Source: a virus. Taken from it: a stretch of 64,000 nucleotides of DNA. The DNA lies in the IMG/VR virus record IMGVR_UViG_3300042898_002514. The stretch is one strand, 5' to 3'. The position numbers and the translations under genes are program-made. How positions within the stretch are numbered: the stretch's first letter is position 1; every line of letters begins with the position of its first letter. Shown piece after piece: positions 1 through 5,731 of the stretch. The notes under the pieces were generated by a model, which was not told the DNA's origin, made no database searches, and was given only the letters and a program-made list of their open reading frames with translations.

Positions 1-66
1 CACAGAGGTAGTTGCGCTTCGCTGTTAACGAAGATGTCGTACGTTCGATCCGTACTCGGGGAGCCA
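1..66 (+). tRNA. tRNA-Asn(GTT), 5' truncated by window edge
   Basis: Anticodon arm ttcg-ctGTTaa-cgaa, T-loop GTTCGATC, 3' GCCA. Confidence 0.85.
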
Positions 67-72
67 GACAAT

Positions 73-146
73 GTATCTCTAATGTAATGGCAGCATCACA
101 GTCTCCAAAACTGTTCGTCGGGGTTCGAGTCCCTGGAGGTACGCCA
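73..146 (+). tRNA. tRNA-Trp(CCA)
   Basis: Acceptor gtatctc/gaggtac, acagt-ctCCAaa-actgt, GTTCGA, encoded CCA. Confidence 0.92.
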
Positions 147-154
147 AACAATTT

Positions 155-229
155 GCACGATTCGTCTATCGGTTAGGACGCTGCCCTTTCAAGGCGGAAA
201 GACGAGTTCGATTCTCGTATCGTGTACCA
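155..229 (+). tRNA. tRNA-Glu(TTC)
   Basis: gcacgat/atcgtgt, ctgcc-ctTTCaa-ggcgg, CCA. Confidence 0.93.
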
Positions 230-236
230 ATATACC

Positions 237-310
237 GCGGGATTAGTTTAATGGTCAAACGAAACCTTGCCAAGGTTTAGTCAGGAGTTCGATTCTCCTA
301 TCCCGCTCCA
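237..310 (+). tRNA. tRNA-Gly(GCC)
   Basis: gcgggat/atcccgc, aaacc-ttGCCaa-ggttt, U73, CCA. Confidence 0.93.
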
Positions 311-313
311 TAT

Positions 314-405
314 GCCAGCGAGACTTGACAGTCAGAGAGTCCTTATAAGACTTTTAGCGCCAGATTAGCGTTCTTGAGAGGGTTTGATTCCCTCCGCTGG
401 TACCA
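314..405 (+). tRNA. atypical tRNA with TAT anticodon (Ile?) and long variable arm
   Basis: gccagcg/cgctggt, gagtc-ctTATaa-gactt, ~20-nt variable arm, T-loop TTTGATT, ACCA. Confidence 0.75.
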
Positions 406-411
406 CACCAT

Positions 412-489
412 ATAGGGATGGCAGAGAGGCCCAATGCAACAGTCTGCAAAACTGTAAACCCGTGGGTTCGAATCCCACTCCCTATTCCA
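412..489 (+). tRNA. tRNA-Cys(GCA)
   Basis: ataggga/tccctat, acagt-ctGCAaa-actgt, U73, CCA. Confidence 0.92.
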
Positions 490-493
490 ATAT

Positions 494-570
494 ACCCCTG
501 TACGCTAATTGGTAGTGCGGGTAGACTTAAAATCTGCTGGATGGCGGTTCGAATCTGCCCAGGGGTACCA
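494..570 (+). tRNA. tRNA-Leu(TAA) with short variable loop
   Basis: acccctg/caggggt, gtaga-ctTAAaa-tctgc, 5-nt variable loop, ACCA. Confidence 0.85.
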
Positions 571-577
571 ATCAACC

Positions 578-632
578 AGTCTTGGACACGCAGACTTTAA
601 AGCGATGTGGGAGTAGGTGGAAGCCCTGCACC
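578..632 (+). ncRNA. candidate small structured RNA (two hairpins)
   Basis: agtct/agact hairpin plus gtagg-TGGAAGC-cctgc hairpin with a T-loop-like 7-nt loop, in a spacer between tRNAs. Confidence 0.3.
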
Positions 633-638
633 TAATAT

Positions 639-728
639 GGAAGTATGGCTGAGCATGGCTTAAGGCAGCAGTCTTGAAAACTGAAGGCTCGAAAGGGTCC
701 GTGGGTTCGAATCCTACTACTTCCGCCA
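639..728 (+). tRNA. tRNA-Ser(TGA)
   Basis: ggaagta/tacttcc, cagt-ctTGAaa-actg, long variable arm, GCCA. Confidence 0.93.
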
Positions 729-732
729 ATTT

Positions 733-806
733 TCCCGGATAATTAAATGGTATAATAATCGGCTGATAACCGGTCTTCGCAAGTTCGATTCTTGCTCTGG
801 GAACCA
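733..806 (+). tRNA. tRNA-Ile(GAT)
   Basis: tcccgga/tctggga, atcgg-ctGATaa-ccggt, ACCA. Confidence 0.92.
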
Positions 807-827
807 ATTTTTAAAATGGAGAATGAC

Positions 828-848
828 ATGAAACGAGGTAAACTCTAG
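828..848 (+). CDS. putative leader peptide MKRGKL
   Basis: GGAG Shine-Dalgarno at 818-821; ATG AAA CGA GGT AAA CTC TAG; stop overlaps a strong hairpin. Confidence 0.5.
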   Translation: MKRGKL

Positions 849-912
849 TGTCATCCTAGACCCCCGTATGGTCCTGGATGGCACGTAAAAGAAAATATTT
901 ACGATCCATCCA
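848..912 (+). promoter_or_regulatory. mutually exclusive hairpins upstream of tRNA-Lys
   Basis: A: 848-856 pairs with 876-884. B: 875-881 pairs with 906-912 and 884-889 with 898-903, covering tRNA nt 1-3. Confidence 0.55.
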
Positions 913-984
913 CGCTAAACTTTAGTGGCGAAGTACCCGGCTCTTAACCGGACTAACTGAGTTCGATTCTCAGAGCGTGGACCA
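910..984 (+). tRNA. tRNA-Lys(CTT)
   Basis: ccacgct/agcgtgg, ccgg-ctCTTaa-ccgg, ACCA. Confidence 0.9.
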
Positions 985-987
985 TAT

Positions 988-1063
988 GGGAGTATAGTGA
1001 AATGGTTATCACAGCAGACTTTTAATCTGCCAGTTCCGGGTTCGAGTCCCGGTGCTCCTACCA
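988..1063 (+). tRNA. tRNA-Lys(TTT)
   Basis: gggagta/tgctcct, gcaga-ctTTTaa-tctgc, ACCA. Confidence 0.93.
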
Positions 1064-1144
1064 TAGACAAACACATTAGAAGCCTTCGTGACTGTGGGCG
1101 AGTAGGTCTCTAAGTCGTTTCCGACTAGTGTGTTTTTCTATGGT
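1060..1144 (+). ncRNA. conserved-stem/variable-loop element copy 1
   Basis: accatagacaaacacattag ... ctagtgtgtttttctatggt, ~20-bp stem enclosing ~45 nt. Confidence 0.6.
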
Positions 1145-1189
1145 TAGTATCAGAAGATGTGATCGAAACAGGTGTACTAGTCATACACA

Positions 1190-1253
1190 ATGTCGTGACC
1201 GGAGGATGAGAAGTCGCAAGAGTAGGCCTGACCGCTAGAGGGTAGCGACACCA
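1190..1253 (+). ncRNA. candidate CCA-ending structured RNA (GTGACC..GATGAGAAG..CCGCTAG motif, short form)
   Basis: tgtcg/cgaca closing stem followed by CCA; motifs shared with 4530-4731. Confidence 0.45.
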
Positions 1254-1337
1254 TATAAAAACACATTAGGCCTGATCATAGATCATCGCGGGTATAGTGC
1301 CTTCCGAGCCGCGGACTTGAGTGTGTTTTTATATGGT
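1250..1337 (+). ncRNA. conserved-stem/variable-loop element copy 2
   Basis: accatataaaaacacatt ... agtgtgtttttatatggt, 18-bp stem enclosing ~52 nt. Confidence 0.6.
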
Positions 1338-1409
1338 AACGTAGCATAATGGTCGTGCACCTCCTTCATACGGAGCAAGGTGCTGGTTCGAATCCAGCCG
1401 TTACCACCA
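1335..1409 (+). tRNA. tRNA-Met or Ile2 (CAT)
   Basis: ggtaacg/cgttacc, ctcc-ttCATac-ggag, ACCA. Confidence 0.85.
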
Positions 1410-1412
1410 AGT

Positions 1413-1609
1413 TTTGTAAGTGTCAGCAAGAGAAAGACTCGCTAGGAAGATTCTTCGAAGGTCAACCTAGTGCAAAAGTAGGGCGGGTTCGAGTCCCGTA
1501 AAAGCAGCGGAGCACCTATGTCAAGTATTCCAAGTGATGTACCACCTCCCGTCCGGACCAGTGCAATCGGGTGAATGGTAGAGATTAAAGTGGCTCTACT
1601 ACTTACAAA
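1413..1609 (+). ncRNA. candidate ~197-nt ncRNA with internal T-loop hairpin
   Basis: Ends pair (tttgtaagt/acttacaaa); internal gcggg-TTCGAGT-cccgt and several hairpins; no long ORF. Confidence 0.55.
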
Positions 1610-1618
1610 TTCAATTAT

Positions 1619-1694
1619 CTCTCTAAAGTGTTATCTGGTTGCATCCGCGGTTTGGGGCCGTGTGGTCTAGGTTCGAATCCTAGTAGGGAGACCA
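1619..1694 (+). tRNA. tRNA-Pro(TGG)
   Basis: ctctcta/tagggag, cgcgg-ttTGGgg-ccgtg, ACCA. Confidence 0.88.
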
Positions 1695-1702
1695 GTTTCT
1701 GT

Positions 1703-1776
1703 TGGGGGTTAGTTAAATGGTATAACCGCGGATTTTGATTCCGCTATTAAAGGTTCGATTCCTTTACCCTCTGCCA
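1703..1776 (+). tRNA. tRNA-Gln(TTG)
   Basis: gcgga-ttTTGat-tccgc, 1-72 mismatch, GCCA. Confidence 0.92.
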
Positions 1777-1783
1777 AATTTAT

Positions 1784-1860
1784 CGGACCGTAATTCAATT
1801 GGATAGAAAGCAAGTCTTCGAAACTTGAGGTTGGGAGTTCGAATCTCTCCGGTCCGGCCA
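1784..1860 (+). tRNA. tRNA-Arg(TCG)
   Basis: cggaccg/cggtccg, caagt-ctTCGaa-acttg, GCCA. Confidence 0.9.
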
Positions 1861-1876
1861 TATAAAGGAAAATGCT

Positions 1877-2044
1877 ATGAAAACAATTACATTTAAAAAT
1901 AGATTCAACAATGAGCGAGTGGTCTGTAATGATCCCAAGGCTGTACAAGTAATTGACGGCATTGAGTACCTGTTGGTCAGCAAGACCATTCAAGATAGAA
2001 AATTTCTAATGCGTAAAGATGCATTGGAGAAGATTAAAACATAG
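1877..2044 (+). CDS. hypothetical protein (55 aa, MKTITFKNRFNNERVVC...)
   Basis: AAGGA SD; fills the gap between tRNAs; below ORF-track cutoff. Confidence 0.65.
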   Translation: MKTITFKNRFNNERVVCNDPKAVQVIDGIEYLLVSKTIQDRKFLMRKDALEKIKT

Positions 2045-2050
2045 ATCAAT

Positions 2051-2124
2051 GTTGTTCCTAGTGTAGTGGCTGCACAACTGTCTGTGAAACAGTTAGAGAG
2101 GGTTCGATTCCCCGGTTCAACCCA
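2051..2124 (+). tRNA. tRNA-His(GTG)
   Basis: actgt-ctGTGaa-acagt, G-1:C73, two acceptor mismatches, CCA. Confidence 0.82.
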
Positions 2125-2140
2125 ACAAAGTAGAAATATC

Positions 2141-2545
2141 ATGGAACAAGTAAAAATATTAAACACATTAAAGGGATCTGTTCGTAAGTTCGAAGAATTA
2201 CTAGGACGATCATTGTACAAGGCAGAAGCAGACGACTCAGTATTGACACTGTATCTGTCCAAGACAAACTATGTAAGATTCCAACATCACCAAGATTGTT
2301 GCGAAAGTGTTTACATAGAAGACATATGTGGTGACCTCGATGACCTTGTGGGAGCACCACTAGTTGAAGCTGAAGAAGTTTCTGACTATGAAGGTGAAGC
2401 TACAGGAGACGAGTCTTACACATGGACATTTTACAAGTTTGCTACACGCAAGGGATTTGTAACTGTTCGGTGGTATGGTTCCAGCAATGGATACTATTCC
2501 GAAAGTGTCAGTGTTGATGTAGTTGATACTACTATAAAGGATTAA
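2141..2545 (+). CDS. conserved phage hypothetical protein (HHQDCCE ... SNGYYSE motifs)
   Basis: ORF track; start moved to first ATG after tRNA-His. Confidence 0.8.
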   Translation: MEQVKILNTLKGSVRKFEELLGRSLYKAEADDSVLTLYLSKTNYVRFQHHQDCCESVYIEDICGDLDDLVGAPLVEAEEVSDYEGEATGDESYTWTFYKFATRKGFVTVRWYGSSNGYYSESVSVDVVDTTIKD

Positions 2546-2546
2546 T

Positions 2547-2622
2547 GCAACTTTAGCTGATGTGGTCATAGCGGCGGTTTGAAGAACCGTTGAACCAGGT
2601 TCGATTCCTGGAGGTTGCACCA
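2547..2622 (+). tRNA. tRNA-Phe(GAA)
   Basis: gcaactt/aggttgc, gcggt-ttGAAga-accgt, ACCA. Confidence 0.92.
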
Positions 2623-2630
2623 AGACAAAT

Positions 2631-2646
2631 GCGAGAATGGTGGAAT
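2631..2646 (+). pseudogene. 5' remnant of a tRNA-Leu-like gene
   Basis: gcgagaatggtggaat resembles the 5' end of tRNA-Leu at 4027 (gcgcaagtggtggaat), then breaks off into AT-rich sequence. Confidence 0.5.
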
Positions 2647-2660
2647 TTAATAAATATTAT

Positions 2661-3224
2661 ATGAACATATTATTCCTTCCAATTGATATTGAAATTCCAA
2701 AGATTGATACATCAAAAATACAGTCTACAATTAACGTCATCAACAACCTAACCTACATAAAAACTGCAGAGTATCAACAGTATTGGGATACTTCTAGAAT
2801 TACTGAAACAGTTGATGATACTTTAAAATCTGTACTAGATCAGTTGCCTATAAGCAAAGTAACAAATGTATATTATAAAGAGCAAAGACAAGCTGTGTCA
2901 CCTCATTACGATGTATATCCAAATATGAAATTTGAAGAAGGAGAATACACTAATATTTTAGATAACGAACCTGCAGGGTATCGTCTAGTCCTAGAAGGGT
3001 CCACTGATGTACTTTATGTTAAAAGTGGAGGCACGTTTAAGTTAGCAGAATTGCCATCTGTGCCTTGTTGTTATCTTTTAAATACCACAGCAGGGCTACA
3101 CATGCTCAAGGATGATCCGGGCAGAAAGATTATCTATATTAGAGGATTTATTGATACAGCAAGGCATCAGACGCTGATAGAAAAAAGTCTCAAACGTTAT
3201 AAAAATTTAGCAATTATTGCATAA
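2661..3224 (+). CDS. 2OG-Fe(II) oxygenase-like protein, paralog family A
   Basis: HYD...H motif, N-term ILFLPIDIEIP, C-term SLKRYKNLAI; TAAATA just upstream. Confidence 0.65.
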   Translation: MNILFLPIDIEIPKIDTSKIQSTINVINNLTYIKTAEYQQYWDTSRITETVDDTLKSVLDQLPISKVTNVYYKEQRQAVSPHYDVYPNMKFEEGEYTNILDNEPAGYRLVLEGSTDVLYVKSGGTFKLAELPSVPCCYLLNTTAGLHMLKDDPGRKIIYIRGFIDTARHQTLIEKSLKRYKNLAIIA

Positions 3225-3228
3225 CATT

Positions 3229-3303
3229 GCCGCCTTTGTATAATAGAGAATACAGCTCTCTTCCAAAGTGCGAATAGGAGTTCGATTCCTAGAGGTTGCA
3301 CCA
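3229..3303 (+). pseudogene. chimeric pseudo-tRNA (TCC-like loop; 3' end copied from tRNA-Phe)
   Basis: Acceptor and T stems mispair; 3280-3304 matches 2599-2623 at 24/25 nt. Confidence 0.7.
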
Positions 3304-3348
3304 ACTAAGTTGGACTCTTAGAACTCTACATAATTAATAAATACCAAC

Positions 3349-3912
3349 ATGCAAAACTTTTATAAACACTTTCCAGAAATAGATAATGTATATTGGACTA
3401 ACTATTTTTTGAAAGAATTCATACCAAAATATAAAATTTTTGAACAATTGTCTAGTCCTTTATATATGATGTATTTTAAAAAAGATTTTTATAAAGATTT
3501 AGAAATATTAAAACTTAGTTCGTTGCTAGTTAGTAAACTAAAATTTCCACCGATTGAATATTTTTCAATATTTAAACACACGTATTCCCAGGCCATTCAT
3601 GCTGATGGTAAATCAACATTGAGATATGCAAGCTTCAACTTACCTCTCGTGGGGTTTGAAGGGACAAGGATGTGTTTTTATAATACAAAATCAAATGTTA
3701 TTCCTAAAGTAGCAGATGCTTATTATTTTAAAGAAGATGATGTATGTCTTGCTACAGAACTAGAAGGCAAGAATGAATGGACATTAGTAAACAGTTCAAT
3801 CCCACATAATATTGTGAATGTAGATTTTAATAATCCTAGAATAACAGTATGCATTAGATTTAATGGTAATCCAAAACTTGAGGATCTAATAACAAATGAA
3901 ATTCAATCCTAA
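3349..3912 (+). CDS. 2OG-Fe(II) oxygenase/cupin-like protein, paralog family B
   Basis: IHAD...IPHNIVN...RITVCIRF; TAAATA upstream; stop codon lies in a tRNA 3' remnant. Confidence 0.65.
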   Translation: MQNFYKHFPEIDNVYWTNYFLKEFIPKYKIFEQLSSPLYMMYFKKDFYKDLEILKLSSLLVSKLKFPPIEYFSIFKHTYSQAIHADGKSTLRYASFNLPLVGFEGTRMCFYNTKSNVIPKVADAYYFKEDDVCLATELEGKNEWTLVNSSIPHNIVNVDFNNPRITVCIRFNGNPKLEDLITNEIQS

Positions 3913-3923
3913 GGACGGCACCA
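3902..3923 (+). pseudogene. orphan tRNA 3' end (T-loop half + acceptor strand + CCA)
   Basis: ttcaatcct-aaggacggc-acca; complementary (one bulge) to gccgcct at 3229. Confidence 0.55.
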
Positions 3924-3944
3924 AAAAATATTTTAAAATAACTG

Positions 3945-3973
3945 TTGACAAGATAACGTAATGACTATATAAT
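3945..3973 (+). promoter_or_regulatory. sigma70-type promoter
   Basis: TTGACA-17-TATAAT with AT-rich upstream tract. Confidence 0.85.
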
Positions 3974-4026
3974 AGTTACATACTAAGCAATTAGTAATGT
4001 TCATTAAAAATTTAAAGTAAGATTTT

Positions 4027-4110
4027 GCGCAAGTGGTGGAATGGTATACACGATGGTCTTAGAAGCCATTGCCGAAAGGATTGAGAGTTCGAGTCTCTCC
4101 TTGCGCACCA
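4027..4110 (+). tRNA. tRNA-Leu(TAG)
   Basis: gcgcaag/cttgcgc, atggt-ctTAGaa-gccat, long variable arm, ACCA. Confidence 0.93.
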
Positions 4111-4193
4111 TATTGAAACATATTAAAGATAGGGTTGTAACGGTTCATTGAACTTTAGTACATACCGTGGTAGTTAGTGTGTTTCAATATGGT
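4107..4193 (+). ncRNA. conserved-stem/variable-loop element copy 3
   Basis: accatattgaaacatattaa ... ttagtgtgtttcaatatggt, 20-bp stem enclosing ~47 nt. Confidence 0.6.
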
Positions 4194-4203
4194 AAAGAAT
4201 TTT

Positions 4204-4278
4204 GCCTGGTTAGCTCAGGGGTAGAGCGTCTCGTTTACACCGAGAGGGTCCGCGGTTCGAAACCGTGACCAGGTACCA
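4204..4278 (+). tRNA. tRNA-Val(TAC)
   Basis: gcctggt/accaggt, tctcg-ttTACac-cgaga, ACCA. Confidence 0.93.
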
Positions 4279-4297
4279 CTAGTAGAAAGAAGACTGT

Positions 4298-4438
4298 ATG
4301 ATACCCAAAGAAATTATAGACCAGGCATACCGAAATATTCCTAACAAAGTGGGGTTTGCTGTCAATTGGAATTTTACGCCGACTTGGCGTGGTGTGAGAT
4401 ATTACTGGTATAAATTACTACGTAAAGCAACAAGATAA
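4298..4438 (+). CDS. hypothetical protein (46 aa)
   Basis: MIPKEIIDQAYRN...; fills the gap between tRNA-Val and tRNA-Ser. Confidence 0.5.
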   Translation: MIPKEIIDQAYRNIPNKVGFAVNWNFTPTWRGVRYYWYKLLRKATR

Positions 4439-4439
4439 T

Positions 4440-4527
4440 GGAGCATTGGCCGACCGGTTAAGGCAACAGATTGCTAATCTGTCACTGCGCAAGTGGTGAG
4501 TAGGTTCGATTCCTACATGCTCCGCCA
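4440..4527 (+). tRNA. tRNA-Ser(GCT)
   Basis: ggagcat/atgctcc, acaga-ttGCTaa-tctgt, long variable arm, GCCA. Confidence 0.93.
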
Positions 4528-4529
4528 GA

Positions 4530-4731
4530 ACGTTCCGAGTGTCTTCGGATAGTGTGACCCGCACGATGAGAAGTAGTGTGACAACTACGGGTGGTAGTCT
4601 TTAAACCCAAAGGCCGCTAGCAATGCGAGAACGGTCCCTGTCGGGAAGCGGGTGGAAGGTACGAGTGAGAGGTATGATAGCGTCATATCTTTCTGTACTA
4701 TAATTACCGCCGGGGGACGTCAGAGCAACCA
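4530..4731 (+). ncRNA. candidate ~200-nt structured RNA (GTGACC..GATGAGAAG..CCGCTAG motif, long form)
   Basis: acgttcc/gggacgt closing stem, many hairpins, GC-rich, ends in ACCA. Confidence 0.55.
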
Positions 4732-4752
4732 GATTTTAATAAAGGAAACATA

Positions 4753-4965
4753 ATGAAACCAGGTCCAAATTACAAGATGTCATCTTTGACTAAAGCAAGT
4801 CTAGCAATGAGTAGAGTTCTAGATCCTCACAAGCGAGGTGAGTGGAAACGTGCCATGATTGATGCAGAGCTATGTGCCGCTGTTCAACCCAAGCGTGAAA
4901 CACGCAAACCGGGCAATGGTAATTTTACCACCCATGCATCTGGGACCGTATCTTCAGGAAGTTGA
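4753..4965 (+). CDS. hypothetical protein
   Basis: AAGGAA SD, 70-aa ORF. Confidence 0.65.
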   Translation: MKPGPNYKMSSLTKASLAMSRVLDPHKRGEWKRAMIDAELCAAVQPKRETRKPGNGNFTTHASGTVSSGS

Positions 4966-4966
4966 T

Positions 4967-5257
4967 ATGAGCAAGGGATCTAAAGCAAGACCCTTTAGTG
5001 TCAGCCAGCGTGAGTTTGACAATAGATGGGATACAATTTTTCGCAAGAGTCCTCAAGAAGTGCAAGATGCAGTTCGAGAAGATGAAGAATTTAACAGGAT
5101 TGATACTATGCAAGTACGAGTAAAAGAAGATGAAAGTAAAATCGGATCTTGCGGTTGCGGTCGTTCGCCAACCGGCAAGTGCATCGGTTGGCACGGACTA
5201 ACCGAAGAAGCATTTAAAGAAAAACTTCAAGAGTATAAACTCAACGAAGGTAAGTGA
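4967..5257 (+). CDS. CDGSH-type iron-sulfur-binding domain protein
   Basis: CGCGRSPTGKCIGWH resembles the CxCx2S-x-CDGxH motif. Confidence 0.65.
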   Translation: MSKGSKARPFSVSQREFDNRWDTIFRKSPQEVQDAVREDEEFNRIDTMQVRVKEDESKIGSCGCGRSPTGKCIGWHGLTEEAFKEKLQEYKLNEGK

Positions 5258-5263
5258 AATATT

Positions 5264-5339
5264 GGGGGATTGGTATACTTGGCTAACACACCTGGTTTGC
5301 AACCAGGAGCAAACGGTTCGAATCCGTTATCCTCCACCA
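5264..5339 (+). tRNA. tRNA-Ala(TGC)
   Basis: G3.U70 pair, cctgg-ttTGCaa-ccagg, ACCA. Confidence 0.93.
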
Positions 5340-5345
5340 AGCATT

Positions 5346-5419
5346 GCCCTTATAGTTAAATGGTATAACGGCGGTTTTGTAATCCGCAGTTTGCAGTTCG
5401 ATTCTGTGTAGGGGCACCA
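5346..5419 (+). tRNA. tRNA-Thr(TGT)
   Basis: gccctta/taggggc, gcgg-tttTGTaat-ccgc, ACCA. Confidence 0.9.
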
Positions 5420-5429
5420 ATATAGTCAA

Positions 5430-5464
5430 AAGATGTTGACAAACATCTTGTATAGTGCTATAAT
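5430..5464 (+). promoter_or_regulatory. sigma70 promoter with extended -10 and an inverted repeat over the -35
   Basis: TTGACA(5436)-17-TATAAT(5459), TG at the extended -10 position; aagatgtt-gaca-aacatctt palindrome. Confidence 0.85.
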
Positions 5465-5470
5465 AGTTTT

Positions 5471-5717
5471 GTTGTGTAGCAATACACAACCGGCAAAGTG
5501 AAAGGTAGATGAGAGAAGACACTACTGTTTGGCTTCATGCCAAATGGAACTTAACTCCAAATACTCTGAAAAAGTATCCGTGTCATTGTGTTCCGGCCCC
5601 AAAAGATATTTGTTTATTGATTACCGGAAATATAGTGACCCCTGTGGATTGTATATTGAGCATTGTTATTTGCACATTGTCCAGTCTTTTACTTGACCTT
5701 TCACTGAACCGTTTTTT
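5471..5717 (+). ncRNA. candidate ~245-nt sRNA/leader with 7-nt periodic UUG tract
   Basis: Starts at predicted TSS; agtgaaaggt/acctttcact long-range stem; U-tract end; TTG at 5649, 5656, 5663, 5670, 5677. Confidence 0.6.
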
Positions 5718-5731
5718 AACCTGAGGAAAAT

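Noticed and set aside
354-807. ORF-track proteins overlapping tRNAs (also 1709-1993, 2360-2623, 5283-5522, 6941-7138 and N-terminal extensions at 2066, 6860, 7093, 9356)
   Set aside because: They are translations of tRNA genes or their antisense strands; true starts lie downstream of the tRNAs.
1145-1253. Hammerhead ribozyme (CGAAAC and GATGAG present)
   Set aside because: The CUGAUGA core is not intact (GGATGAG) and I could not build the three stems.
4630-4655. SRP RNA helix-8 resemblance (ACGGTCC...GGAAGCGG)
   Set aside because: Lacks the GNRA tetraloop and the long flanking helix; similarity too short to call.
5471-5717. 6S RNA
   Set aside because: Fold is multibranched rather than a single rod with a central bubble; kept as an unknown RNA.
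5509-5724. 71-aa ORF
   Set aside because: No SD, implausible composition, and it coincides with a structured RNA showing 7-nt rather than 3-nt periodicity.
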